Positions 25,806 to 35,567 of a stretch of DNA of 53,304 nt are shown here, piece after piece. Under the pieces are notes generated by a model. The model made no database searches. It was given only the letters and a program-made list of their open reading frames with translations, and was not told the origin of the DNA. This DNA is from Bifidobacterium breve (lineage in GTDB: Bacteria > Actinomycetota > Thermoleophilia > Solirubrobacterales > Solirubrobacteraceae). The translations under genes were made by a program, and so were the position numbers. Where the stretch lies: positions 1 to 53,304 of the forward strand of contig CAMDLG010000001.1 of NCBI GenBank assembly GCA_945901565.1. The letters run 5' to 3'. Numbering within the stretch: position 1 is the stretch's first letter; every line of letters begins with the position of its first letter.

Positions 25806-26612
25806 ATGGCCCGAAGCACCGCTGATCGCACCATCGCCCCCGCGCGCGATTTCTTTGAGCAGGTTGGCGACATGATGATCCTGACCGGCAAGACGATCGT
25901 GTCGGCGATACGTCCTCCATACCCGTATGGCGGCGAGTTCATCCAACAGTTCCTATTCGCGCTGCGACTCTGTTGGTTCCCGCTATTGATCTCAACCGTT
26001 GCTTTTGGCTACGGCGCGCCTGGGCTGCAGGCAGCCAACTTCCTCGTTCTTTTCGGCGCTCTAGACCGTCTTGGCGGCTTCTTCGTCCTGGCCTCTATCC
26101 GCGAATTTGCGCCGCTTGTGACGGCGATCGTGCTAGCCGGCGTGGCCGGGACGGCGATCACGGCAGACCTCGGCGCCCGTAAGATCCGCGAGGAGCTTGA
26201 CGCGCTTCAAGTACTCGGCGTTGACCCGGTCAAAAACCTCGTCGTGCCGCGCTTCCTTGCATTGATGGTCGTTACCGGCCTCTTCGATATTTACGCGCTG
26301 CTGTTCGGCATCTTCGGCGGAATCATCGCGACGCTCGTCTATCACGCGCCACTCGGGCCGTTCTGGGCAACGTTCTTCACGAATGCTTCGGTCACCGATC
26401 TTTGGGGCTCGATCCTCAAGTGCACCTGTTACGGGGCAATCATTTCAATCGTCTGCTGTTACAAGGGGATGACTGCCTCCGGTGGCGCGGCCGGCGTTGG
26501 GCGCGCTGTCAACCAGGCCGTCGTGATCTCTTTCCTTGGGATCTTCGCCTTCAACTACGTCTTCACGCAGACGCTGCTCGCTACCCACCCCGAAATAAAC
26601 GTGATCCGTTAA
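25806..26612 (+). CDS. yrbEA: Mce-associated ABC permease, MlaE/YrbE family (YrbEA)
   Basis: FAPLVTAIVLAGVAGTAITADLGARKIREELDALQVLGVDP is the MlaE signature. GAGGAG lies 6 nt upstream of the ATG at 25806. Confidence 0.9.
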   Translation: MARSTADRTIAPARDFFEQVGDMMILTGKTIVSAIRPPYPYGGEFIQQFLFALRLCWFPLLISTVAFGYGAPGLQAANFLVLFGALDRLGGFFVLASIREFAPLVTAIVLAGVAGTAITADLGARKIREELDALQVLGVDPVKNLVVPRFLALMVVTGLFDIYALLFGIFGGIIATLVYHAPLGPFWATFFTNASVTDLWGSILKCTCYGAIISIVCCYKGMTASGGAAGVGRAVNQAVVISFLGIFAFNYVFTQTLLATHPEINVIR

Positions 26613-26627
26613 GGGGCTGAGCGAGCA

Positions 26628-27431
26628 ATGAATCCAAATAGCTGGCTCGCCGTCCCTCGTGATCTGCTCGTCTCGTTCGGCGAGATAACGAAGTTCTGCA
26701 GCAAGATCGTGGTCGAGGTCGTTGGCCTGCGCGTAATGCGCTTCTTTGGAGAAACATTGCGTCAGTCGGGGATCCTGATCGTCTCCTCAGCGCTGGTGAT
26801 CTGGGGCCTCGTCTTCATCATCGGGCTGCAGTGCGGGATCGAGGGGGCCTACTTCAACCGCTCCGTGGGTTCGCCGGCCTACGCGGGCGTCTTCGCTGCC
26901 TGGTGTGACCTGCGCGAGCTTGTCCCTTACGCCTTTGGCTACATGATGGCCGCGAAGGTCGGTACTGGAATCGTCGCTGAGATCGGCTCGATGCGAATCA
27001 CTGAGGAGATTGACGCGCTCGAGGTAATGGGGATTGATTCGATGACATTCCTCTGCGCGACGCGTCTGCTGGCCGCGTGGATGGTCTTGCCGTTCCTTTA
27101 TATCTCGGCAGTTGGCGCCGGCTTTGCCGCCAGTTACCTGGCCGTTGTGATCCAGATTGGCGAGGTTTCGCAGGGCGGGTATTCGCTGATCTTCTGGCAA
27201 TTCCAGAACCCTCCCGATCTCTTATTCAGCGCCATTAAGGCGATGACAATGGCGACCGTGATCGTGCTCGTCGGCTGTTATTACGGCTACACGGCGAGCG
27301 GTGGACCGGTCGGAGTAGGTACGGCAACCGCAAAATCAATGGTCCTCAACATCGTGCTCGTGCATCTGATCGGGATGCTCGGCACGCAGCTCTTCTGGGG
27401 AGCAAACCCACGTGCCCCGATCGGAGGATGA
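26628..27431 (+). CDS. yrbEB: Mce-associated ABC permease, MlaE/YrbE family (YrbEB)
   Basis: AKVGTGIVAEIGSMRITEEIDALEVMGIDS signature. 267 aa. Confidence 0.9.
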   Translation: MNPNSWLAVPRDLLVSFGEITKFCSKIVVEVVGLRVMRFFGETLRQSGILIVSSALVIWGLVFIIGLQCGIEGAYFNRSVGSPAYAGVFAAWCDLRELVPYAFGYMMAAKVGTGIVAEIGSMRITEEIDALEVMGIDSMTFLCATRLLAAWMVLPFLYISAVGAGFAASYLAVVIQIGEVSQGGYSLIFWQFQNPPDLLFSAIKAMTMATVIVLVGCYYGYTASGGPVGVGTATAKSMVLNIVLVHLIGMLGTQLFWGANPRAPIGG

Positions 27432-27434
27432 ACC

Positions 27435-28322
27435 ATGTCTGAAAGCGAAAAGCCAGATCAACCAGAGCCGCTCGAGCCTGCGGAGCGCGTCACCGTCGTG
27501 CAGGAAGCTGCACCGACCGGCGATGAGGAGTACCGCTGGCATACCGGGCTGAACCGTCCGACCGGAGTGCCCGACGCGATTGAGTTCATCGATGTTCACA
27601 AGGCTTTTGGCCGCAATAAGATCCTCAAAGGGCTGAATCTGGGGCTTCCGGAAGGCAAGATTTCGATGATCCTTGGGCCGTCTGGTACAGGTAAGTCGGT
27701 CTGCATTAAGCACATGGTTGGCCTTCTCTATCCAGATGACGGCGACGTGATCGTGCACGGCGAATCGGTCCCCAACCTGCGCGACGAAGAGCTCTTCGAG
27801 ATGCGCAAGAAGTTCGGCGTCCTGTTTCAGGACGGTGCGCTATTCGGCTCTATGAATCTGGTCGACAATGTCGCCTTTCCGCTACGTCAGCACACCGACA
27901 AGGCCGAAGAAGAGATCATGGAGATCGTCAATCTGCGTCTCGCTGAGGTCGGCCTGACTGATGCTGGCGACAAGATGCCAAATGAGCTCTCAGGCGGTAT
28001 GCGCAAGCGCGCAGGCTTTGCTCGGGCGCTGGTGCTGGACCCAGACATCGTGCTCTTCGATGAGCCTGACTCGGGCCTTGATCCGGTTCGCACGGCGCTG
28101 CTCTGTGAGCTGATTCAGGAGATCCACAAGGAGAACGGTGGCGCCTACACGGTGATTACTCACGACATCATGAGTGCGCGCCGTGTTGCCGAGTACATCG
28201 CTGTTCTGTGGCGCGGGCGGATTGTTGAGGCCGGCCCCGCTGAAGAGCTCTTCAACTCCGATAACGACTTCGTGCGCCAGTTCTTGTCGGGCGCAGCGCA
28301 AGGTCCGCTGGGGATGGAGTAG
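27435..28322 (+). CDS. mceG: ABC transporter ATP-binding protein, MlaF/MceG (Mkl) type
   Basis: Walker A GPSGTGKS, signature LSGGMRKR and Walker B VLFDEPDSGLD are present. There is a ~45-aa acidic N-terminal extension. It starts 3 nt after yrbEB. Confidence 0.9.
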   Translation: MSESEKPDQPEPLEPAERVTVVQEAAPTGDEEYRWHTGLNRPTGVPDAIEFIDVHKAFGRNKILKGLNLGLPEGKISMILGPSGTGKSVCIKHMVGLLYPDDGDVIVHGESVPNLRDEELFEMRKKFGVLFQDGALFGSMNLVDNVAFPLRQHTDKAEEEIMEIVNLRLAEVGLTDAGDKMPNELSGGMRKRAGFARALVLDPDIVLFDEPDSGLDPVRTALLCELIQEIHKENGGAYTVITHDIMSARRVAEYIAVLWRGRIVEAGPAEELFNSDNDFVRQFLSGAAQGPLGME

Positions 28323-28343
28323 AGCCATTCAAGGCGCGCCGAC

Positions 28344-29729
28344 ATGGATGACGGCAGGCGAACAGGCATGAAGCCTTCTCGCGCTATCACGCTGCTCGTA
28401 GCTGCCGTCGCGGTGGTGCTCGTTGCCGTGCTCTTGTTCGGTGGCAGCTCAAACGCCACCTACGTGATGACCTTCGAGACGGCCGGTCAGCTGGTTAAGG
28501 ACAACGACGTGCAGGTAGGCGGTCGGCGGGTCGGGCGTGTCTCTGAGATCGCGCTGACCGACAACAACCAAGCCAACGTCACTATCGAGGTAGAAGAGCC
28601 CTACGCACCGCTGCATGAAGGCACGACAGCAATCATGCGAGCAACGTCACTCTCCGGCGTCGCCAACCGTTACATCGCGCTGACGCCGGGGCCGCAGAAT
28701 GCTCCGCTCGTCGCTGAGGGCGAAACGATTCCGGTAGACCAGACGACGACGATCGTCGATTTGGATCAGCTTTTCAACACGCTTGATCCACCGACGACAA
28801 ACGGGTTGGCGAAGGTAATTCAAGGCTTCGGAACTTGGTACCGCAAGCGCGGAGTTGAAGCCCGCGCCGGCGCGCCGTACCTGTCGCCGGCGCTGAACTC
28901 AACGATCGGCCTTTTCGAGAAGCTCAACAGCGATCAGAAGGCGCTTGAACAGATGGTCCAGAGCACCTCTTCGGTGGTGGGGACGTTGGCCGCGGAGGGG
29001 CCGACGCTGACCGACCTAGTGAGCAATGCGAACGTCAGCCTCGCCGCGATCGGCGATGAAAACGCCTCGCTTGCCGAGGCGCTCGATTACCTGCCGCAGA
29101 CGCTGCGCCGCGGCAGCACAACCTTCGTGAATCTGCGAACAACGCTCAACTCTGTTGACCAGCTAGTAGCTGCATCTAAGCCAGCTACGAAGAACCTCGC
29201 TCCGTTCCTGGCCGACCTGGAGCCGCTCCTAGTTCAGGCCAAGCCGACGATCACCAACCTCGCGCTGACGGTCAACAAGCCCGGAGCGAATAACGATTTC
29301 ACGTCGCTGATGAAGAATGCTCCGACCCTTAACAGTCGCGCGCAGACGTCATTCCCGGCATCGATTGCGGCGATCAACGATTCGCTCCCGACGCTATCTA
29401 CCGGTCGCCCGTACGCACCGGACTTGGTTGGCTTCATACGAGACTTCGGCCAGAGCACATCAAACTACGACGCCAACGGACACTTCGCGCGCGGCTCACC
29501 GGCGTTCGGGGCGTTCACCTACAACTCAGGCAGCAATGATCTCGATTATCTAGGCGCCAATCGCGACGCTTGGGAGAGCACCGGTGCTGCCAACGTCCCG
29601 CGCTGCCCAGGTGGAATCACTCAGGCGCCGCCGGACGGCAGCGCACCGTGGCAGGCGCCACTTTACGGATCGTCACCGTCGTCGCTGATCAACTGCAACC
29701 CGGCGCTCGTCGCGCCAGGGAGCTGGTAA
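28344..29729 (+). CDS. mceA: MCE-family (MlaD-domain) substrate-binding protein 1 of 6
   Basis: N-terminal TM, then the MlaD barrel (YVMTFETAGQLVKDNDVQVGGRRVGRVSEIAL), then a long helical C-terminal region. Confidence 0.85.
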   Translation: MDDGRRTGMKPSRAITLLVAAVAVVLVAVLLFGGSSNATYVMTFETAGQLVKDNDVQVGGRRVGRVSEIALTDNNQANVTIEVEEPYAPLHEGTTAIMRATSLSGVANRYIALTPGPQNAPLVAEGETIPVDQTTTIVDLDQLFNTLDPPTTNGLAKVIQGFGTWYRKRGVEARAGAPYLSPALNSTIGLFEKLNSDQKALEQMVQSTSSVVGTLAAEGPTLTDLVSNANVSLAAIGDENASLAEALDYLPQTLRRGSTTFVNLRTTLNSVDQLVAASKPATKNLAPFLADLEPLLVQAKPTITNLALTVNKPGANNDFTSLMKNAPTLNSRAQTSFPASIAAINDSLPTLSTGRPYAPDLVGFIRDFGQSTSNYDANGHFARGSPAFGAFTYNSGSNDLDYLGANRDAWESTGAANVPRCPGGITQAPPDGSAPWQAPLYGSSPSSLINCNPALVAPGSW

Positions 29730-29733
29730 GGCG

Positions 29734-31152
29734 ATGAAGCGCCTGCTCGCAATCTTCGTCGTGCTTTGCGCTGCTGCAGCGCTGATCGTCTTCGCCACCG
29801 GGTCGGGCGATGACGGCAGCTACCGAGTCCGCGCGATATTCAATAACGCGGCCTTCGTGATCCCGGGCATGGACGTCAAGGTGGCAGGCGTTCGCGCTGG
29901 CAAGATCGAAGCCCTCGATCTGACGTCGGACCACAAGGCCGCGGTGGTCTTGAACATTGAAAACCCGGGTTATCACGACTTTCGCGAGAACGCTTTTTGT
30001 CGGATTCGCCCGCAGTCGCTGATTGGCGAGCGCTACATCGATTGCAAGCCGCAGGAGCCGCTGCCAGCGGGAGTCGCGCAGCCGCCGCTGTTGAAAAAGA
30101 TCACTTCTGGCCCCGGCGAAGGCCAGTACCTGCTTCCTTCAAGCCGCACCGCCACATCGGTTGATCTAGACCTCATTAATAACGTCATGCGCCTCCCGTA
30201 CCGCGAGCGCTTCACGATTATCCTCAACGAATTCGGTACTGCGCTGGCAGGGAATGGGCAGGAGCTAAACGCTGCGCTGAAAGTGTCAGACCCAGCGCTA
30301 AAAGAGTTTGGCGACGTGCTCGAGATTCTTGCCCGTCAGAACAAGAAGCTGGCATCACTGGCGGTAGACAGCGCCACCGTCTTGAGGCCGCTGGCACGTG
30401 AAAATCGCCAGATCGTCGGCTTCGTAAACTCGGCCGGGGAAACAGCGCAGGCGACCGCCGAGGAGAGCGCGTCGATGCAGCAGAATCTGCAGAAACTGCC
30501 TGGCTTCTTGGAGCAGCTCAGCCCAACAATGGTGCAGTTGTCGAACTTCTCTAAGCAGGCAACTCCGGTCTTCACGGATCTGAACGGCGCCGCCGACTCG
30601 CTCAACAGCTTCACGCTCGGGGCCCCGGCATTTAACACGGCCGGCGTGCCAGCGCTCGTGTCGCTCGGCAATACAGCGGATGTTGGTGGGCCGGCGTTGG
30701 TCAATTCGCTGCCGCTCGTGGAGAAGCTAGGCCCGCTCTCAACAAACGCGAAGCCGACGATCACGAACCTCGCAGCGCTGCTGAGCTCCCTCAAGAAGAC
30801 CGGTGGCATCGACCGCTTGATGGAGCTGATCTACAACACGTCAGGCTCGATGAATGGTTACGACGAATTCGGCCACTACCAGCGGGTAGGGCTAACGACG
30901 ACGACATGCCAGTCGTTTTACACGGCGCCGGACATCAACTGCAGCGCCAACTTCCCGCCGATCTCAGGCACTTCCAGCAGCACAGCAAGCAAGCCCAGAG
31001 CCGCTGCGCTGCCGCAGCTTGGCGCCGCGAAAACAAAACCGCAGCCGGCGGCCAAGCCATCAACAGGCGCCGCCGCTCCTCATAAGCAGCCGGCCCATTC
31101 CGCCGACCCGCAGTCTGCCCGTGCACTCCTCGACTACCTGCTTGGAAAATGA
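29734..31152 (+). CDS. mceB: MCE-family protein 2 of 6
   Basis: N-terminal TM, MlaD domain (YRVRAIFNNAAFVIPGMDVKVAGVRAGKIEAL) and a Pro/Ala/Lys-rich tail. Confidence 0.85.
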   Translation: MKRLLAIFVVLCAAAALIVFATGSGDDGSYRVRAIFNNAAFVIPGMDVKVAGVRAGKIEALDLTSDHKAAVVLNIENPGYHDFRENAFCRIRPQSLIGERYIDCKPQEPLPAGVAQPPLLKKITSGPGEGQYLLPSSRTATSVDLDLINNVMRLPYRERFTIILNEFGTALAGNGQELNAALKVSDPALKEFGDVLEILARQNKKLASLAVDSATVLRPLARENRQIVGFVNSAGETAQATAEESASMQQNLQKLPGFLEQLSPTMVQLSNFSKQATPVFTDLNGAADSLNSFTLGAPAFNTAGVPALVSLGNTADVGGPALVNSLPLVEKLGPLSTNAKPTITNLAALLSSLKKTGGIDRLMELIYNTSGSMNGYDEFGHYQRVGLTTTTCQSFYTAPDINCSANFPPISGTSSSTASKPRAAALPQLGAAKTKPQPAAKPSTGAAAPHKQPAHSADPQSARALLDYLLGK

Positions 31153-32594
31153 GCCAGAGTCGCCGCAAATCCTCGATTGCAGCAAACCCCGTGCTGATCG
31201 GCGCCGTAACGACACTCGTCCTCGTAGTGCTCGTCTTCCTGGCCTACAACGCCAACAACGGCCTGCCGTTTGTTCCCTCGTACGACGTCAAAGTTGAGGT
31301 TCCCAACGCCGCCGGCCTCGTTAAGGGAAATGAGGTCCGCGTCGGCGGCACGCGCGTTGGCGTAATCACGAAGATCGAGCCTTCAACGCAGGCTGACGGA
31401 TCCGTCATCGCGGTACTGACCTTGAAGTTGAACAGCGTTGTTGAGCCGATCCCCTCAGATACGACAGTGATGATCCGGCCTCGTTCGGCGCTTGGTCTGA
31501 AGTATGTGCAGTTGACGCGTGGCCCGTCGTCGAAGGGCCTTCCAAATGGTGGGACGTTGTCGATCGCCCAGGCCACGCCAGCTCCCGTTGAAATCGACGA
31601 GTTCTTTGACACCTTCAACGAGCCAACGCGGCGCGCCTCGCAGGCCAACCTGACTTGGTTTGGCAACGCGCTTGCTGGTCGCGGTTATGACCTAAACCTC
31701 GCGGTTCAAGACCTCAAGCCGTTCTTTGACTCGCTCACTCCGCTGGCGCGGAACCTCTCCAGCAGTCGCACCGACCTAACCGGCTTTGTCCGAGGGCTGG
31801 CGCAGAGCGCTGCTGTCGTCGCCCCTGCCGCTGAAACTCAGGGGCAGCTCTTCGTCAATCTGGACTCGACCTTCCAGGCTCTGGCATCGGTCGCCCGGCC
31901 ATACATTCAGGAGTCGATCACGGAGGGGCCTGCAACGCTTGAGAACGCGACAGTGAATCTGCCGAAGCTCCGGCCATTCCTAGCGAACAGCGCGACTCTC
32001 TTCAACAACCTGCAGCCCGGTATCGCCTCCTTCACCGATGCTGCGCCGACGCTCGCCAGCATCGTCAAGGTCGGTACGCCGGTCTTCAAGAAGTCGCCGG
32101 CCTTCAACGCTGAGCTGTCAACAACCTTTACTGCGATCGAGACCCTCTCGCTGGATCCGAGTACGACGCTCGGTGTCGACGACCTAACCGAAACGATGAC
32201 GATCTTGAAGCCAACGCTGGCCTACGTAACGCCAGCACAGACGGTCTGCAACTACGCCACGATCCTGCTCGGCAACGCTGCCCAAATCGGCAGCGAGGGC
32301 GGCAGCACGGGAACGTTCCAGCGCGTGATGGTGATGCCAACTCCGGGCGGGCTCTTTGACCCTGCGAACCCTTCTACTTCGGAGCCGCAGTCACCAAACA
32401 ACGAAGGTGGGCCATCGGACCAGCCGGCAAACGGCGGCCCTCCCGGCTCCGACATCGCCAGCTTCCTGCACAGCAACCCATACCCATACACCGCTGCTCC
32501 AGGACAGCCAGCCAATAGTTGCCAAGCAGGGCGCGAAAATTACATCGTTGGCGAGAAGCAGATCGGCGCCGCAGCGGCTGGGGGAGGCAACTAA
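31149..32594 (+). CDS. mceC: MCE-family protein 3 of 6
   Basis: TM plus MlaD domain (YDVKVEVPNAAGLVKGNEVRVGGTRVGVITKI). It overlaps mceB by 4 nt. Confidence 0.85.
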   Translation: MSQSRRKSSIAANPVLIGAVTTLVLVVLVFLAYNANNGLPFVPSYDVKVEVPNAAGLVKGNEVRVGGTRVGVITKIEPSTQADGSVIAVLTLKLNSVVEPIPSDTTVMIRPRSALGLKYVQLTRGPSSKGLPNGGTLSIAQATPAPVEIDEFFDTFNEPTRRASQANLTWFGNALAGRGYDLNLAVQDLKPFFDSLTPLARNLSSSRTDLTGFVRGLAQSAAVVAPAAETQGQLFVNLDSTFQALASVARPYIQESITEGPATLENATVNLPKLRPFLANSATLFNNLQPGIASFTDAAPTLASIVKVGTPVFKKSPAFNAELSTTFTAIETLSLDPSTTLGVDDLTETMTILKPTLAYVTPAQTVCNYATILLGNAAQIGSEGGSTGTFQRVMVMPTPGGLFDPANPSTSEPQSPNNEGGPSDQPANGGPPGSDIASFLHSNPYPYTAAPGQPANSCQAGRENYIVGEKQIGAAAAGGGN

Positions 32595-34084
32595 TGGCCT
32601 TGCGCCGCGGCAACTCAAAGGACTCTCGGCCAACCGTGCTGCGGAAGGATCGCACCGGCTACAACCCAATAACAGTGGCGCTGATCGCGCTCGCGGTGAT
32701 CGCAGTGATCTGTTACTTCGGCTTCACGAAGAACATGCCGTTTACGCATCCGTTCCAGTTCAAGGCAGTCTTCAGCTCTGCTAACTCAATCCGTCTTAGC
32801 TCGCCGGTCCGCATTGCGGGCGTAAACGTCGGCAAGGTCGTCGCTGTCGAAGGTCAGGAAGGGACAAATAATTCGGTCCTGACGATTGAGATGCAGGATC
32901 AGGGGTTGCCGATCCACAAGGATGCGCTGCTCAAGATCCGCCCGCGAATCTTCCTTGAGGGCAACTTCTTCGTGGACCTCAAGCCAGGTACTCCGCAGGC
33001 ACCGACGATTGCTGAAGGAGACACGATTCCCGCGGCACAGACAGCGATTCCGGTACAGCTCGATCAAGTCCTCACTTCGCTGCAGCAAGATACGCGTAAG
33101 AACCTCCAAGTGCTTCTGATCGAACTTGGCGCTGGTCTCTCCGATAAGCCGACCCCCGAAGAAGATGCTCAGCAGCCAGAGATGACGAAGGGTAAGAGCG
33201 CGGCCGAGGCTCTCAACAACGCGCTGATCTACTCGAAGCCAGCGCTGAAGAACAGCGCGCTCGTCAATCAGGCATTCCAAGGGTTGGATCCGGACGATCT
33301 GCCTAACCTCGTACGCGGACTAGCGGCAACCTCGACGAAGCTAGTCGGCAGCGAAACTCAGCTAGGCGATCTCGTCGTCAACTTCAACACGACGATGGGC
33401 GCTATCGCCTCTGAGCAGAGCGCTGTGCGCGAGACTGTCCGGCTGCTTGGGCCGACAGTCAAGAACGCCTACTACAGCCTTGGTTCGCTAAACGAGGCAT
33501 TGCCGAGCCTCGCCCAGTTCTCGGTTGATTTTGTACCTGGCGTTGAGCAGACGCAGCCGACAATTGATGCTGTAACGCCGTGGATCGCTCAGGCCACGCC
33601 GCTTGTCTCGGAGGCCGAGCTAGGTGGTCTTGCGGCGGAGCTGCAGCCGACTACAGAGAGCCTCGCTCAGCTCAGCGCAGCAACGATCCCTCTGCTCACG
33701 CAGACCGAGAACTTCTCGAAGTGCGTCAGCGACGTATTGATCCCGACAGGCAACGTTGTGGTGCCCGACGGCAGCTCGACGACCAACCTCCCCAACTCAG
33801 AAGAGTTTTGGCTCGCCCTCGCAGGCTTCAACGGCGAATCCCAGTCGTTCGACGCAAACGGCCAGATGGTTCGCGCCCAGTCGGGCGGCGGTCCTAACCC
33901 TGTGGAGATGACGGGCGGCAACCTCAACGAAGGTCAGCCGGTATTCGGTAACAGCATCGGCGATCCGCAAGGCACAAAGCCGGCATGGACGAGCGGCCAG
34001 AAGATCGCCTTTAAGCCGAATGCGCTCTGTAAGGACCAGGCACTTCCAGACATTGCCGGAACTCCAACGGGGCCGGCCGACTGA
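32594..34084 (+). CDS. mceD: MCE-family protein 4 of 6
   Basis: The ATG at 32594 overlaps the mceC stop (TAATG). TM plus MlaD domain (FQFKAVFSSANSIRLSSPVRIAGVNVGKVVAV). Confidence 0.85.
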   Translation: MALRRGNSKDSRPTVLRKDRTGYNPITVALIALAVIAVICYFGFTKNMPFTHPFQFKAVFSSANSIRLSSPVRIAGVNVGKVVAVEGQEGTNNSVLTIEMQDQGLPIHKDALLKIRPRIFLEGNFFVDLKPGTPQAPTIAEGDTIPAAQTAIPVQLDQVLTSLQQDTRKNLQVLLIELGAGLSDKPTPEEDAQQPEMTKGKSAAEALNNALIYSKPALKNSALVNQAFQGLDPDDLPNLVRGLAATSTKLVGSETQLGDLVVNFNTTMGAIASEQSAVRETVRLLGPTVKNAYYSLGSLNEALPSLAQFSVDFVPGVEQTQPTIDAVTPWIAQATPLVSEAELGGLAAELQPTTESLAQLSAATIPLLTQTENFSKCVSDVLIPTGNVVVPDGSSTTNLPNSEEFWLALAGFNGESQSFDANGQMVRAQSGGGPNPVEMTGGNLNEGQPVFGNSIGDPQGTKPAWTSGQKIAFKPNALCKDQALPDIAGTPTGPAD

Positions 34085-34088
34085 TCCT

Positions 34089-35567
34089 ATGAAGACGGCG
34101 ATCCTAAAACACACCCGCGATTTCATCGCACTCGGCGTGATCGCATTGATCGCGGTGCTAGTTGGCGGCTACATCCTCTCCAACCAGCGTTTCTACCTGC
34201 CGGCTTGGGTGCCGGTCATCGGTAGCGACTTTGTCGACTACAACGCTGAGTTCTCGACCGCGCAGGCCGTAACACCAGGACAAGGGCAGACAGTGATCGT
34301 TGCCGGCGTAACAGTTGGCGAGATCGGCAAGGTAACGCTTGATGACGGCCGCGCGATCGTGCAGATGAAGATTCGCAAGCAGTACGCCCAGATCTACAAC
34401 GACGCAACGGCGCTGCTGCGACCCAAGACCGGCCTCAACGACATGGTGATCGAGCTGAACCCTGGGTCGGCCAACTCCGGTGAAATCCCTGAAGGCGGGA
34501 CGTTGAAGGTCTCTAGGACGCTGCCAAACGTCAACCCCGACGAGATTCTCGCTGGCCTCGATGCCGATACTCGTAGCTATCTCCAACTGCTAATAAACGG
34601 TGGTGGCCAAGGGCTGAACGGCAATGCTTCGGAGCTTTCAGCGACGCTCAAGCGCTTCGACCCGGTAGCCGTCTACCTCGCAAAGATTGGCTCGCAGCTT
34701 GGTCGCCGCCAGGCTTACATCAAGAGCTCGATCCACAATTTCAGCATCCTCAGCCAAGCGCTCGGCGAACGTGACACCCAGCTAGCGAGGTTCGTGCGCT
34801 CATCGAATGATGTATTCAGCGTCTTCGCCAGCGAACAGGCCAACCTGCGCGAAACTTTGAGGCTGCTACCTGAGGCCCTTTCAACGACCAACACGGCGCT
34901 CGTCAACAGCGACGCGCTGACCAGCCAGATGGGCCCTGCCTTGAAGAAGCTCGAACCGACCGCAGTCGGTACTGCCGATGCGCTGAAGACGCTGCAAACT
35001 TTCGCGAAGGCGACGACGCCGGTAATCCAGAATCAGCTTCGGCCGTTCACGGGGCAGGCCGAACCAACGGTCGCGTCGCTGAAGCCAAGCGCCGCCAAGC
35101 TTGCCGCAACGGCGCCGAAACTGGATACCAGTTTCTCGGTCCTCAATACGTTGACCAATGAGCTTGCATACAACCCTCCTGGCAGCCAAGAGGGCTACCT
35201 CTACTGGCTCGCGTGGGGTAACCACCTGTCGGCTTCGATCCTCAGCGCTCAGGACGCGCATGGACCGTTGCGCCGCGGCCTGCTCTTCGCTTCCTGCGAC
35301 GCGCTGTCGATCTTCGAAGCGATCGCTGAGGATAATCCCGAGGTTGGCGTCTTGATTCAGCTACTCAATGCCCCGAAGACAAGCGTCGTTTGTACAGGTG
35401 CTAAAGCGGCGGGCCAGGTCGCGAGCGGCGCTGCAAAGGGCCGCAGCTCGGTGCTCCAGCAGCGGAGCAACTACGGCCTCTCGGGAGCGCTACCCGCAGC
35501 GCGGCCAGCAACGCCGTCAGGCAGCCCGGCCACTACTCCGCAAGCGCCAGGGGGTGGGGCTCGATGA
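34089..35567 (+). CDS. mceE: MCE-family protein 5 of 6
   Basis: The ATG at 34089 lies 4 nt after the mceD stop. TM plus MlaD domain (YNAEFSTAQAVTPGQGQTVIVAGVTVGEIGKV) and a Pro-rich tail. Confidence 0.85.
   Translation: MKTAILKHTRDFIALGVIALIAVLVGGYILSNQRFYLPAWVPVIGSDFVDYNAEFSTAQAVTPGQGQTVIVAGVTVGEIGKVTLDDGRAIVQMKIRKQYAQIYNDATALLRPKTGLNDMVIELNPGSANSGEIPEGGTLKVSRTLPNVNPDEILAGLDADTRSYLQLLINGGGQGLNGNASELSATLKRFDPVAVYLAKIGSQLGRRQAYIKSSIHNFSILSQALGERDTQLARFVRSSNDVFSVFASEQANLRETLRLLPEALSTTNTALVNSDALTSQMGPALKKLEPTAVGTADALKTLQTFAKATTPVIQNQLRPFTGQAEPTVASLKPSAAKLAATAPKLDTSFSVLNTLTNELAYNPPGSQEGYLYWLAWGNHLSASILSAQDAHGPLRRGLLFASCDALSIFEAIAEDNPEVGVLIQLLNAPKTSVVCTGAKAAGQVASGAAKGRSSVLQQRSNYGLSGALPAARPATPSGSPATTPQAPGGGAR

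Noticed and set aside
25618-25920. The N-terminal 101-aa extension of the lipoprotein ORF (ORF track 25048-25920). Similar extensions exist for the mIHF (to 42930), BolA (to 10128), DUF2804 (to 4194) and 4-TM (to 52271) ORFs.
   Set aside because: The extensions are compositionally aberrant (Arg/Ser/Cys-rich) and overlap neighbouring genes or control regions. Internal starts give canonical N-termini: a lipobox signal peptide, a start preceded by an RBS, or a stop/start overlap.
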